Under the pieces are notes generated by a model. It was given only the letters and a program-made list of their open reading frames with translations. It was not told the DNA's origin and ran no database searches. A stretch of DNA of 63,694 nt, the filler included, from Reticulomyxa filosa (Eukaryota; Protista; Foraminifera), in NCBI GenBank assembly GCA_000512085.1. It is 18 parts of 18 records of this genome, joined end to end, with 100 filler letters (N's around TTAATTAATTAA, not from the genome) between each part and the next. Parts side by side here need not be neighbours in the genome. Positions count along the whole stretch, not along the records: positions 34,101 to 36,407 come from ASPP01039373.1; positions 36,508 to 37,606 come from ASPP01006220.1; positions 37,707 to 41,500 come from ASPP01028234.1; positions 41,601 to 44,411 come from ASPP01020285.1; positions 44,512 to 47,359 come from ASPP01006206.1; positions 47,460 to 49,362 come from ASPP01042011.1; 12 more parts are not named here. One strand, 5' to 3'. Made by a program: the position numbers and the translations under genes. Below, piece after piece: positions 35,656 to 49,462 of the stretch (positions are counted from its first letter, which is position 1; each line of letters begins with the position of its first letter).

Positions 35656-36407
35656 ATGAACGCAGAAGAAAACGAAAAAAAGAAAGAACAAATGAAAATT
35701 GGAGTGGTTCCAGTTTCCTTTGCCCAGTCGTGTTTTAAGAAAGATTGGATAGTTCAATTAAATGAAGAAAAACAAATTAACCATTTAATTTGTTTAATTT
35801 GCAAACAAATTGCAAATCATCCGCTTGAAATTACTTGTCCCGAACATGAAAATATGGACGAATCAACGATCGTTGGAAAGCATTGTTTGCAGAAATTTCT
35901 CGATAATAATGGCAACACTTGTCCAATCAATTCACATAGTAGTTGTCAGTATCAGAGCGTAAAATTGTTGCAACGACAAATCAACAATTTAATTGTGATA
36001 TGTCCACGTCAATTCGAACAAGATTTGGAGGCACCAGGAAGTAGAGAAGAAGGAAAAACATTAATGAGGCCAGGATGTAATTTCAAAGGGAGTATAAAAG
36101 AAGTAAATGACCACTTAAATAACTCCTGTCCATTGAAACCGCTTGCATGTTGGTTTCAACCTTTTGGATGTGATCATTCATGTTTGAAGGGCGAGTTGGA
36201 GGAACATTTGGTTTTACAGAAGAAATGTCACTTCGATTTGGTTGTCAAGCATGTCGAATCATTACAACAAAAAATCCAACATTCTCAAGTTTGTTGTCTC
36301 TTGTTTCTTAGGTTTACAAAATAATAATAAACAAATATATATATATATATGTGTATATGTGTCATAAAAATAGGAAGAGTCGACAAAATTGCAAGTCGAA
36401 AATCAAA
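35656..36407 (+). CDS. RING-like plus TRAF-type zinc-finger protein, 5' part
   Basis: LICLICKQIA..P...CPEH...CL..FL....TCPI, VICPRQF, CNFKG....DHL...CPL...CWF..FGC.H.C....LEEHL, followed by a coiled coil. Confidence 0.85.
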
Positions 36408-36761
36408 NNNNNNNNNNNNNNNNNNNNNNNNNNNNNNNNNNNNNNNNNNNNTTAATTAATTAANNNNNNNNNNNNNNNNNNNNNNNNNNNNNNNNNNNNN
36501 NNNNNNNAAACATTGTCATACAAATATAAATACTAGATGGGCCACGCACAAGTTTAATCAGCACGTCAGTTGATTTACCTTTGCATTACAATGAGGGAGG
36601 GGAGGGGAGAGGAGAGGAAAGGGGGAGCTTTTTTTTTTTTTTTTTTTAAATTAACAAAAGAAGGGTAACTAAGGAATAAACACAATTTGAATGAAACATC
36701 TCCTCACCGAAATAATACATAATAACTCTCAATTTTGGATATTCGAATACTTGTTTACATA

Positions 36762-37560
36762 TAGCTGGGTTTCATTATCGAAGCTGTTCTGGAAGGTCAG
36801 TTTGCTCTAGGATATGAACCTTATTTTTTTATTTTTTTTTTTTGTATACATACGTATATACATATGTATATATGTATATACGTATGTAATGTATTTTATA
36901 TGTTATTTCTATGCTTTAATGACATGTCTTTTATCTTATCTTTTTTTTTTTGATTGGAAATTTGATATTCAAACATATAACTGTGACTGGCCGAAAGCGA
37001 TCCCGCAAGCATTGTTGCAAACGATATTGGTGTCGTTGTACAATGAAACGAACGCCATATGGATTGTGTCCATTGCAATATCGACCATTACTGTGTTGAG
37101 CAAGGCTTTGGTTGTCGTTTGGGCGCCGCAAATGCACACCTTCATTTGGAACTGGCTTTCTATTGTCGCTGGTTCGAATCTTTTCTTGTTCTGGCTCATT
37201 TGACAACGTATGCATGAAAAATGTACATTTGTTGATTTTGTTTGTCTGCACTTTGTGCTTAGATTTTGTTGGGACACTATGTGCCTTGTCGTTGATGTTT
37301 CGGCCGCTCAAAGTTGGAGCCCATGTGTACGATCTAATGACAGTCCTTTATTGCTACAACTTATACGTTGCCGTCATTCCAACGACACTTTGTATCACTG
37401 TCAGCCTGCTCCTCATTTCCATTTTGCGCAACACCCCTGGCGTTGTTCAAGGCTTTGGGCTGTCGCAATACTGTATTACTCTGCTGCGGATTTTTTTGCT
37501 CTTGCTCATGTGTCTCTTTTTTTTTGCTGGCACAACCATAAGCATTGGAATCATGTATGA
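36762..37560 (+). CDS. XK-related-like multi-pass membrane protein fragment (multi-exon)
   Basis: Spliced IEAVLE|AIPQALLQ resembles the XK-family E..LES.PQ..LQ motif; IVSIAISTITVLSK and further TM helices follow. Confidence 0.5.
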
Positions 37561-37719
37561 GTGTCTACATTCACGCATATAACCATATACATATATATAC
37601 ATATATNNNNNNNNNNNNNNNNNNNNNNNNNNNNNNNNNNNNNNNNNNNNTTAATTAATTAANNNNNNNNNNNNNNNNNNNNNNNNNNNNNNNNNNNNNN
37701 NNNNNNATGCCATTACGAT

Positions 37720-38260
37720 TACTCCTTTGAAAAATGCAACATATAATTTGCTATACAATGATAAAAACATTCTGTATTACAAAAAAAATTTTATTATATC
37801 ATACGAATAAACAAGAACTTGTAGTAAATAAAATGATCTTGATGTTTTTGTATTTTTTTATTTCATTAGTTGAACTTATTGAATTGGAAAATGTTTTGTT
37901 GAATCTATTAGTTTTGCTTCAGTGAGCATGGGATACGCTACTCCGATACTAATTGGTATAAATGATGAATATTTGACAGCATATACGGTAGCTTTATGGT
38001 AGCCCTACTAATTTCTGATGTATAAAAAAGAAAATTGTTGCTTTGAATGATTTGTTTCATGGGCCAAATGACTGAATCATCAAATCAAAATGTACTTTTA
38101 TATTTGCAATTAAATGATTATTTAGATTATTCTTATCACACATGCGACTACTTCCAAAAGGTTTATACTAACAATTTGATGAATTCCCTATCTAAATATT
38201 GTTTTGAATTTTGTATTTTTCCTTTGAAATCACATTGGCTCATTTCAAATTTGTCAGTTT
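37720..38260 (-). pseudogene. Decayed WD40-repeat remnant
   Basis: Fragments such as GYHKATVYAVKYSS among many stops; adjacent to an intact WD40 gene. Confidence 0.35.
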
Positions 38261-38431
38261 TACTTAAAGTCTTCCATTAACGCTTTTTTAATTGTGGTAT
38301 ATTTTCCATTTTTGATTATTATTTATATGAAGAAAAAAGATCAAGTTATCCAAAACAAGAAAGTAGTTATGAATAAGTCTCGAAGAAAACTCTGCATTGC
38401 TTTAAATGAAGAAATATTGCTATTTGTTTTG

Positions 38432-39575
38432 TTATCTCCATATTTGGATTGTCTCGTCACTTGAACATGACACAATTGTGCTACCATCTGATGAAATATC
38501 TAGCGCGCTGCACTTAGTTTGGTTTTTCAAATTCTGTATTTCTTTTCCTGTTTTTACATCCCACAATCGAACTGTACAATCACTTGAACAAGATGCAATA
38601 GTTTGGCTATCTGAAAAATATTTCACATCATTAATAGCATCAGAATGTCCTTTTAATTTTTTCAGTTCTTTTCCGGATTCTACATCCCATATTCGAATTG
38701 TTGCGTCGTCTGAACAGGATAAAATAAATTTACCATCGTGAGAAAACTGTGCTTTCATTACAATATTTGTATGTCCTTCAAAAATTTTTAACATTTTACC
38801 TGATTTTGCATCCCATTGTAATATTGTATAGTCGTCAGATGCTGATACTATCATTTGACCATCCGCTGAAAATTGTACATTTCTTATTCCATCTGAATGC
38901 CATTTCAATACTTTAATCTCTTTTTTTAGCTTTAAATCCCACACTCGTACTGTTTGATCATATGAACCTGATACAATATTGTTTCCATCTGGAGAAAAGT
39001 TTACACACCACACTGGATAAAGATGGCCGCGCAAAATCATCAATTCCTTTCCTGTTTTTACATCCCATAATCGAATTGTCTTGTCACTCGAACCCGAAGC
39101 AATAATATCTCCATATGGTGAAAATTCAGCAACCAAGACCCAATTTGAATGTCCTTTGAATATTTGTATTTGCACTCCTGATGCAATATCCCATAACCGA
39201 ATTGTGCCGTCATGTGATGCTGAAAGGACTTTGCGGCCATCTGGTGAAACTCTTACTTTCCTTATTTCACTTTGATGCCCTCTCAAAACTTTCAATAATT
39301 GAAAATGTTTCGCCTAGTTTTAAATATTGAGTATTTATTAAAATGAATACTATCGTGATTCAAAAAGCTTAACATATTTAGTGACAATTTTATCAAGGTC
39401 ATGGATCCATCCTTGCTTTACATTTACAATGCGAAGCCAATTTTGCAGTATCGTTTCCACATGTTCCTTTAACTGTTTGTTTTTTGTCAGTCCGTCCAAA
39501 AAGGACTTCTATAATTGATAGACATCTTACCAATTGCGGTGCCGTATTCTTTTTTTCGTTGGCAGTGGTAGTCAT
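38432..39575 (-). CDS. WD40-repeat (7-bladed) protein with N-terminal helical box; exons ~39531-39575, 39374-39472, 38432-39313
   Basis: Seven near-canonical GH....V.FSPDG..I.S.S.D.TIRLWD repeats; upstream exons are joined by GT-AG introns in phase 0. Confidence 0.93.
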
Positions 39576-39894
39576 TTATTTGCCGTAGTTGTATCAAAAG
39601 GCAATATAATTAATCTTGAATGAATCAAAACAGATTTTGAACTTTGTGAGATTCCTTGATCTGCTTTGCATAGTTTGTTTAACTTAGAAGAAAAAAGAAG
39701 AATTTTCGTTGAGAACGTGATCCTGAACATTGGAATTTCTACATCAACTCTAGACACAAACGTATTAAAAATTGAAGGTTGTTTTATGTAAACATTGACA
39801 CCAAAGAATGTTTGTGTTTAAAATCATAAACTAAGTTTTTTTGCAGTTGCTTCAGAAAATAATCTAATAAAAACTTTATGTTGATGTTAGATCA

Positions 39895-40379
39895 ATATGG
39901 ACACACAAGAAAGACCACTAGTGTAAAATTTTCTCCAATAGACAAACAATTGTATCAGGTTCGGATGACAGAACAATTAAAATTTGGGATATTCAATCAG
40001 AAAGGGACATGAAGATATTTAATATTCACGGCAATGTAACTGTAGTACAATTTTCTCCAGGTGGCCGACTTATTGCGTTTTCTTCTATTGATTGAAAATT
40101 CGAGTACGGGACTTGGAGTCAGGAAAAGAAATGAAAAAATTAAAATGTCACTCAGATTCGGTAAGAGAGATTACTTTTTTTCCAGATGGCCAACGTATTG
40201 TGTTGTGTTCGGACAGGACAACCCGATTGTGGGATCTGAATTTTGGGGCGGAGACTCAAAAAATTAAAGTGCGTTCCGACAGTGTAACACGAGTAGGTTT
40301 GTTAGCTGAGGGCAGCGCAATTGTGTCATGTTTTGACGATGAAATATTTATGCTATGGGAATTGCTGCAACGACTTTAG
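39895..40379 (+). pseudogene. Degenerate WD40-repeat copy
   Basis: GHTRKTTSVKFSP, IVSGSDDRTIKIWD, VQFSPGG and ITFFPDGQRIV..SDRTTRLWD, with frameshifts and eroded repeats. Confidence 0.7.
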
Positions 40380-41600
40380 AAGTTTTTATTTTGTAATACT
40401 AATTTTTTTAGTGTAACTTGAGCCAAGATTATTTTTTCATGTATTCGATCTTGGGACAATATCTATAAGTATCTTATGCATCGTAGTAACTTTCAGTAAT
40501 TCCAGAAAAAAAAAAGATAAGTACGAACACGATCTTGCACAACAAAAGTTGGAGAATTAAAATCAAAATGTAAACTGTCATAGTTTCTGTAATTTCACCA
40601 AACAAAAATAGTCCAAATATCAAATGGAACAACACAACTAAAAAAAAAGACAAGCAAGAATAGACCCAGAAAGACACAAAAAGACCTGGAAAAAGTAAAA
40701 AAAACAAAGTAAAGCAAAATAAAATGGTAGGAAGAAACCTTGTTTTAACACCTTTTTCTTCCCCTTTTTTTTGTCCCTTTGTAACGCCAAATTGAAAATT
40801 AAAAAAAGTTACAACAGCAAAAACAAAAGCATACATAATCCATACAAATTTTATCACACAAAAAAATACGCAAGCAAAGAACAAGACAAATCAAAACAAT
40901 GAAACAAACAACAAAAAAAGAGACTATCAAAGGGAGCTGTTTTTTTCTTTTCTCACAGAACAAGAAAGGAGGGGAAGAAAGGGAAATAGAGAGGGGGGGG
41001 GGAAAAAAAAACTACACTAAACGAAACTGTTGTGAATATGACAGAAGAACTATTTTGTGCAAAGATATTGGAAGAAGAGGGTGCAGAATAAAATAGAGGG
41101 AGAAAAGGGTTACAAAATCAATACATTTGTTAATTGTATTGGTTTGCCTCTTCTCTTCTGTCTGACCGAAATGATTGCAAAATTGTCATTTACACAATAT
41201 ACCTTTTCAATAGAAGTAAAAATGTTTTTTATTTAATTTTTGTTGATATCAAGTTCAGTAGTGATTTCAAGTTTTTGTTTGGTCTATTCAATTGAACGTT
41301 GAGTGTGTTTGAAACAGTTGGAATTGCAAAGAAAAATGTATTAAACATGAGACGATGGGGTTGGATTGATTGCACGTGTAGATTGTTTTTGTTTGTTTAT
41401 TTTTTTTATTTGATTTGATTTGATTTACTTAATTTATGTTTGTTTGTTTGTTTGTTTGTGTGTTTTTTTTTTCTTCCCTTCTCTTTTCGTTTCCTCTCTT
41501 NNNNNNNNNNNNNNNNNNNNNNNNNNNNNNNNNNNNNNNNNNNNTTAATTAATTAANNNNNNNNNNNNNNNNNNNNNNNNNNNNNNNNNNNNNNNNNNNN

Positions 41601-41637
<37 letters not shown>

Positions 41638-42526
41638 TTAATTTATCGATTTTTATTCGCTTATGTTTTAGCTTTATTCCTTTGTTTCTTTTGTTTGGTG
41701 GGCATGTGTATGCGTATATTACTGTCCTATTTTTGTTTTTTTTTTGTTGTCTTGTTTCTTGCTTGGTTTGTTTATTTGTCCATTTGTTTTTTTTGAAACG
41801 TTTGTGGCGTGAGTGCCTCAACCGAAAACAAAGATGAATCTCTTTGCTAATTGATGTTGTTTAGTTGCACACAAATCCTTAGTGGTTTCTTTTGCTATTT
41901 TATTTTCTTGTTTTGTATGCTCTTCTTTTTTTTGTTTTGTTTTATTTTGTTGTTTTTATCTATTACTTGGAAAAGGGATGTGTGAGGAGCACAAAAGAAA
42001 CCATTTTTTTGTCATTTTTATTTTTATCATTATGTATGTGTTTTGTTATGACTATATGTTGCTTCAAAAAAAAAAACCCATTGCTTATTAATTTTTTTAA
42101 TGTTTTGGGTGGGTGTGTCTTTTGAAAATGTAGAAGAGTCAGGAAAAATGGTTTGGTAATGGTTTTTAATGTAGGTGTGCTGTCAGCAACATCTGGCAAT
42201 GTTTTCATTTTTCTCTCTTTTTTTCTTACTCCCTCCGGTTTAATGTGATTTTTTTGGGGGGCTGTGTAGAAAAGCCTCAAACATGTAACACAGAAAAAAA
42301 TGCCTCGCAATTACTGTGTTGTTTCTTACTCGCGCAATTGTACAATCGTTTGGAATTTCTAAGTTTTTATTTTGTATTATTAACAAAAAATATTACTTTA
42401 TCAAAAGTATTTTCATTACCATGGGGTAATTTCGAAAATTACTGAACGGGGGGGATCTGTAACAGAAAAATTAAATTTTAAACCAAAGAGATAAAGTTGG
42501 TCTGACATTTGCTCATATTATTTGAA

Positions 42527-42916
42527 ATGGCATTTCGAACTGCACTATGTTTTTTTCGTCGCACCATGAGTACTAGACCAGTTGCGCCAAATGAACCTAT
42601 TGGAAGCGTTCAAAAAGAAATGGAACTAAAATTGCAGAAACATTTTAGTCCGGTTCGCTTGGAAATAATCAATGAATCAAAATTTCATAGTATGTCACGT
42701 AAGCCAAATGCAGAGACACACTTTAAAGTCGTAATAGTGTCAGATATCTTCACGAACATGCGATCTCTTCAGAGACATCAAATAGTGTACAAAGTATTGA
42801 ACGAAGAATTACAAGAAAAAGGGGTCCATGCACTGTCATTAACAACAAAATCGCCGATAGAGTGGTCCAACTCTCCCACTTCAAATGAATCTCCACCGTG
42901 TTTAGGCAAGCACTAA
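42527..42916 (+). CDS. BolA-like protein with probable mitochondrial presequence (BOLA1-type)
   Basis: FSPVRLEIINES.FH......ETHFKVVIVSD.F...RSLQRHQIVY..L.EEL...VHALSL.TKSP.EW.......PPCLG; Arg-rich N-terminus MAFRTALCFFRR. Confidence 0.95.
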   Translation: MAFRTALCFFRRTMSTRPVAPNEPIGSVQKEMELKLQKHFSPVRLEIINESKFHSMSRKPNAETHFKVVIVSDIFTNMRSLQRHQIVYKVLNEELQEKGVHALSLTTKSPIEWSNSPTSNESPPCLGKH

Positions 42917-43412
42917 TATGACCACACAAACCACAAGTTAGCTCACTTCTGATTGCGAAATGAACGGCCAGACTTTTTGGTTTATTTCATCTAAACACAT
43001 CAGCTTTGTATGTTATGGATCAATACTTTGGATCTTTTCAATTTTGCGCCCGAAAAAGCACTTACAATATGTGATGAGATCTTTTTGTGAGTTGTTGTTA
43101 GTAACTCGCCACAGCCTGCAAATCCTTCCCCTCTCGAGAGTATAGTAAGATTTTTTCTTTTTTAATGAGCAGATGGAAGGAGATATTTTTACTTTCTAAC
43201 AGATCCCCTTTCAGCTGAGAGAAAAACATAAAATAAAAAGCTCAAGTTCAGATTATCAAGATGTTTTGAAGGTTGACGTATTGATAAATTAATAAAAAGG
43301 GTGAATGTGTTTATAAACCACAAACTCAAACACTTTGCAGCTTTGAATTCTTGTTCGGTTAAATAAATAAATAAATTAACACACAAACAAATTGAAAAAA
43401 AATGAAAAAATT

Positions 43413-44300
43413 TCAAGAATTACAAAAATAACGAGAGTGTTTCTCGTTGGCGCACACCAAAGGTTCCAAAATTTCCCAAGTGTTGGACCCAGTGACAGAG
43501 CCAACATCACCAACAAATAACCATACACTCAAACTTGTCAAATTAAAAATCCGTCCAACGCTTGCATCGATTCGCTTTGTAGTAGCTGCATAAATGAGGC
43601 CATTAGCAAAAAAAATGGCAAATCCACCTAACCACATTAAGATGGGTATTTTGACAACACACAAAATGCCACCGGCAAAGGAACTAAGCAAAAACCACAA
43701 TGGGTTGTTTTGTAAGTCCCACCAATAAACAACTTTGCGTCCACCAGTATCACCAATGAATGTGCATAAACTGTAAACGACCATAAAGTTATCAAAGGAC
43801 ATATGTGCGGCATCAATCTTCAAATGTCCAAGCAATGGCACAGTATCATCACTCAAAACAAATTGGTTCATTGCACTAAAGGCGGACACAAAGAACATAT
43901 CAACACACAAAGCGATAGAATTTTGCGTAATCAAGGGAAACCACTCTCTCCATTTTTTTAAATGATCGATAAATGAGCGCGGTGTTTGTTGATTATATGC
44001 ACCCGGAACGGGTATAAATGTTAACCATATCCATACGCTCAACACACAAAAACACCCCGTGAAAATGTACAAGCATGACACACTTACATTGAATGCGCCC
44101 ATTATTGCATAACCGACCACGGATATCATTGTAAATCCAAACGGCATGCCGACTATTGATGTCCCACCCAAGAATAAAAAAAAACAGCTTCGCCTCTTAA
44201 TTCAGTCGGACATGCCAAAAGCGAAAAAGCGAGAAACAAACAAACAAAAAACAAACTGATGGCCCACACTTTCGTGTCTCGACCTAATGGTGTGATAGTG
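43413..44300 (-). CDS. CLN3/battenin-like (MFS-fold) membrane protein, 3' part
   Basis: Multiple TM helices; F.GD..GR and FFANGLIY....RID.....NL..LS.WLF.GD.GSV.GSN resemble protist CLN3-like proteins. Apparent frameshift near 44175. Confidence 0.55.
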
Positions 44301-46618
44301 GATAAGATATTTGCCTCAAACTGTTGTTTTTTGTTTTTTTTTTGGTTTGTGTACTTGTCATTTCCAATTGAACTTGCCACAAACTTTTGTTCATTAAAAT
44401 TTTTTTTTATGNNNNNNNNNNNNNNNNNNNNNNNNNNNNNNNNNNNNNNNNNNNNTTAATTAATTAANNNNNNNNNNNNNNNNNNNNNNNNNNNNNNNNN
44501 NNNNNNNNNNNGTCTTTCAATATGTTGTTTAAAATTACAATAACATTATCTAATTGACATAAAGTGCATTTAAATAAACACCCTGTACCGACAATGAGCA
44601 CATGCATAACACATAAAAAAATTTTTTGTCCAGAAGTAATAATTTATTTGATGAGTTTGCATTAATAATTTAAAAGTAATATTTGAAATATAAAATTTGA
44701 ATGTTTTGACTAATTTTTTACATTCCTAGGCATTGTGATAATAGATTAATATTTGCAAAAAAAGTTAAACTACTTAAAAATTCAGCAACATTATCAATAT
44801 TGATCTTTTTGTTCTATTTTGATAAAGAAGTAAATCTATCAGCAAGAGCATTCTTTCCAAGTCGTTTATTACTTTATTTTGCCAAAGAATACTGTTAGCT
44901 TCATCAAATTTTCAGAAAAAATTTTGCAATGATTTCTAATAAACAAAGGAGATGAAGATCAAGCATATTCCACAAGGTTTATTATTTCTTTCTTAATATT
45001 AAATTTTTATTTTGATATTTAAATTATCAAACTAATCTTCACATTTCTGACGGGATGTTGTCTTTGTAATTAAATTGCAAATAATGCAGCGGAATTGCGG
45101 TGGAATTACAGTGTAATAAACATGAAAATGCAGAACAAGTTTATTGGGTAGGAAAAGAATGTGTAAAAATGCATTTGAAGAAAAACAAGGGCAAATAAGC
45201 CTCTTTTATATGATGCTTTCTGGTACTTGACAAAATGGTCATTTTGTGTAAATAATTTTCGCCGCTAAAATAATTGACATATTACTGTGAACTGAAATAT
45301 CTTAAACTCACCTGAATTTTTTTAAGTTGAAAAAGGTTAAAAAAAATTATTATCAATTTGATATAAAGGGGAGAATCAGATCTTTTTATCTATCACTGAT
45401 AAAACCAAAGTGTATTTGTTGCACTTTCGGAATGAAAAATTTGGCTGACACAAAGTGTCTTGTGATAGAGGTATGTAACACAAATAGTTGTTTTTTTTTA
45501 TGAAAAAAGTCGCCCCAGACTGATCGATGTAATTTATTATTTGTTCAAAATTATTTATAATGTGATAAACACAGACTAATTATTAAGTCAAAAATGTTAT
45601 TTTAAGACGAAGGAACTAAAAATAGGATTTCTGAAAAAGAAGTGACAATTATAATTACAATTCAAAAAACACTATAGAATGGAATTGTATTCACTTTACT
45701 CTATGATATTTTTTAAATTAAATAAATATAGAAGATTTTCCAAAAATATTTATTGCCGTGGTGAAAATACTCCACAACGAGAGGGATAAATTTAAACAAA
45801 AATATGTGATTATGTGATTAACCATTTGATCAACTGCACACAAAAACATCAAATTGAGGGTTCAAATGATTTATTTGAGACTTTCGTTGTTTTTTTATTT
45901 AAGTTTCAAATATTTTTGCAAAATTCAAAAATACTAATATTTTTTTGTTTGATTTGCTATAAAAAATAGAATTAATAATATCTGTAATGCGCTTACATGT
46001 CCATCTGATTGCAATCAAAAATCTGCGTATTCTTGCTTAAAAACATTTATAGAAATTAACATTGTTGTATCTTCTTGTTTTCTTTATTTTTTCAATATCA
46101 AATGCATTTCTTAAAATATTTAAATAAAATTACATACACAACTTTTCCTTTGAATTGAATTTACAAAGTTGATAATAAAAGACAGATGTCTATTTTTAAT
46201 TAAATATAAAAAAATGAATTGAAATTGCTAACATTAAAGGAATAATTATGAATAAACGTTTATTTCTTATAATTATTCTGGAAAGCATTTCTGGTTATAC
46301 AGATTTCAAAAATAACTAACCTTCTATTCTTTAATTTCAATTTTTGCATTATAAAATTGTTGTGTGCAAAAATATTTTACAAAATGCAACATTTATCTTT
46401 CATTTCAAAATGTTTCTAATGTACACATTAGTTCAGTTTTTCCTTTTTTAAAACAAAAGTTAAAACCTTTTTTTTCATCTTTCATCATCAAAAAACATAT
46501 CAAGGAAAAAACTAAAAGCCCAAGAATGGACTTAACTTTAACAGTGAAGTCAAGTCTAAATTGTCTTTATGTTTTTATTAGTTCTTTTATTAAGCATTAT
46601 TACATTTAATTGAAATAG

Positions 46619-47359
46619 TCAAAAGAAAAAGAAGAGATTCAAATAATTATTAATCATTGGATTCGAACATTAAACATTAAATTAGGGTGGATTAAAAATT
46701 TTGATAAACTCGTTGTTAATTATGTTAGTTCATTTGTTCTTTCTTTTTTTAAATAATAACCAAAATATTCAAATGTTTATTTAACATAGGCATCTACTAT
46801 CTTCATGTTTGACAAATTTCGTTCATCATCCAAATTAATTAATACATTCACTGGACATACAAAAGCTGTGTGGAGTATTGATTATTCAACATTTAATGAT
46901 TGTCAATTCATTTGTTCTGGGTCAAATGATTACACAGTTCGTGTATGGGATGTTGATAACAACAAACAACTTCAATCATTCAATGGACATTCATCATTTG
47001 TGTGTTGTGTGAAATTTTCATCATATCATTATCACAATCATCGTCAAAAAGTCATTTGTTCTTCATCATATAACGAAACAATTCGTTTTTGAGATTTCAA
47101 AAATAATAAGCAATTACAAATACGCAATGGATACACTCGTGCTGTTAATGGAATTTAATTTCACCATTTAATGGTGGTAGATATTTGTGTTCTGGATCTG
47201 CTGACCATAAAATTCGTTTATGGGATGTTGAAACATCAAAATCATTACATGTTTTCAATGGACATGAAAATACTATTTGGTGTGTTGATATTTCACCATT
47301 GCAAAGCAATAATAAAAATAATATTGGTATGATTGGTGGAAATGGATATACAATTTGTT
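46619..47359 (+). pseudogene. WD40-repeat gene with premature stops (expanded lineage family)
   Basis: Helical-box exon 46619-46723, then FTGHTKAVWSIDYS, ICSGSND.TVRVWD and FNGH; TGA replaces Trp at 47090-47092 and there is a further TAA near 47156. Confidence 0.8.
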
Positions 47360-48529
47360 NNNNNNNNNNNNNNNNNNNNNNNNNNNNNNNNNNNNNNNNN
47401 NNNTTAATTAATTAANNNNNNNNNNNNNNNNNNNNNNNNNNNNNNNNNNNNNNNNNNNNTTTTAGAAAAAACTCTCTTGGACATTACAACTGTGGCTTTG
47501 ACTATTCTCTTCAAGCAACCTAACAAAGCAAGATTTTACAGCATGGAACTCGCTCTTGAGAGTTCCTTCACCAATGCTCTCCTCTGCAAAGTGTAACAGT
47601 TACCGAGAAAGAAAGAACGCTACATAATAAATACTCTTTCATGACGACCGTCAGTTATAACTAGCAGAAAAAACTTGGGAAAAAAAAGTGACCAGGAATA
47701 TATTAAATATTTAGTATGGACTCTGTTCTACCGTACAAGCACTTCGAACAATTGATCAACAACACTTATATCGTAGCAGTATGAATAAAAAGATATTCTT
47801 TCCATTTCATTTGGTATAGGCTGCAACACAATTTTTTGTCTAGTGGACACATTGCGAATTTCAATAAAATTTTCACTTACACTTTTTTGCACGATAATTT
47901 GAAACATGTTAAATTTTTCACTGAGATAAAAGTTGTCATTTTTGTTCCATGCACTTCCTTTCCAATCATGAAATTGATTGGTTGTGTTCCACGTTGGAAA
48001 TTTACTGTTTCCCAATTGGAAATGGAGTGTGTTCTTGACCCAATCTGGTGAAAACTCGACAAACAAAAACAAGTCGTTGTAATCAACAGACAAAGTGATC
48101 GTATATCTGAAATGTCGCCAAATTTTGAGCAGAGACAGCATTAAGTTCCCTTGTGCTGGATCACATAAATGCATCAAGTTACAGCGTGTGGCCCACTTTT
48201 ATCGTGCACAAAAGATGTCCCTTGCTTTAGGATGGACATACATTGGTAAGGATCGTCCAACACAACAAATTCGAATCGGTACGGATATATTGTGTCCCCA
48301 AAGTGGACACATAGCCGCACCAAGTCGGTAGGAAAAAAAGCGTAGCCCGCTGATCTTGCTAAGTGTTCAACAACTACCTCCCATGCTCTCGGGTGATGGG
48401 AAAGAATACATATTCGCAAATGTGCAGTGAATAAATACGGATTGCATCGAATTCACTTGAGTGAAATGCCAAATCCGAACGTGGTTTTTTTTTTTTGTGA
48501 ACAATCAATGGAGATAAGACGACAAATTC

Positions 48530-49040
48530 ATTAACACATTTGCAAACAAATCTCCGTAGATTTGACATATTTACAACCAATGCTTACTCTGTAACAAAGG
48601 TATGATGGTAAGGACGTTTTTGGCGTACTACAGAAACAACATCAACCAAGTGTATGAGCAAATTATTCCAAAGTCTTATGTCATTAGTTTTGATTGCGAA
48701 AACCATAAATTTATATTTAACGATCCGAACTTTATCAAAGACATTCTTTCAACCAAAGTCGATCAATGTATGCGTACATTGAAAAAAAGTAATGACCCAA
48801 AATAATCACTCTCTCATTATCAAATAAACAACTAAATAAAAACAAACAAAAAAAAAGATAATGGATGGGTTTGTAAGTCTTCTGATGGTTCTCAAGGGAA
48901 GAACGTATACTTATATTTAGTAAACAACTTGGACGAGCTGCAAGAATTTTTGTTGGAACGGATCAACCCTTATGTGTGGTTGGATTATCCCGCACAAAGA
49001 GAAATGGAAATGACACTAGTTATTTTCAAATATATCAAGT
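48530..49040 (+). CDS. Tubulin-tyrosine-ligase-like (ATP-grasp) protein fragment
   Basis: IIPKSYVI, WVCKSSDGSQGKNVYL..NNL.EL and VIFKYI parallel the TTL P.T., WI.KP...SQG.GI.L and VVQ.YI motifs. Upstream 47460-48500 is probably more exons, unresolved. Confidence 0.55.
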
Positions 49041-49462
49041 TTGGTTTTTGGCTTTTACACTTTGTATCCTAAAAAAAAAAGTAATGATTCATTCCAAAAA
49101 AACAATTTTAATTTTCAATTATCTGTAGTTAATCCATTTTTGGAATTATAATTGTAGAAATACAATACAAAAATTTTATCAATTATTTTTTAAAATTATT
49201 TTGTCAAAATATTTCAAAAAATTGCAAATTTTAATCATTTTTTGTAAACATTTATGGTTGTGCATCTATGTCTTAATGAAGAAAAAAGGTCTTTTTTTTT
49301 TGTCGTCTCTGTCTCGTACCAACTCGTAATTAGGGTGATTGCACCCATTTTCACTTGTATGTNNNNNNNNNNNNNNNNNNNNNNNNNNNNNNNNNNNNNN
49401 NNNNNNTTAATTAATTAANNNNNNNNNNNNNNNNNNNNNNNNNNNNNNNNNNNNNNNNNNNN

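Noticed and set aside
40474-42310. Phe/Lys-rich ORFs resembling membrane or basic proteins
   Set aside because: They arise from poly-T/poly-A low-complexity UTR or intergenic sequence.
47728-48419. Minus-strand ORFs 47728-48177 and 48174-48419 as a gene
   Set aside because: No motif recognised, and the adjacent TTL-like signal is on the plus strand, so the strand is unresolved.
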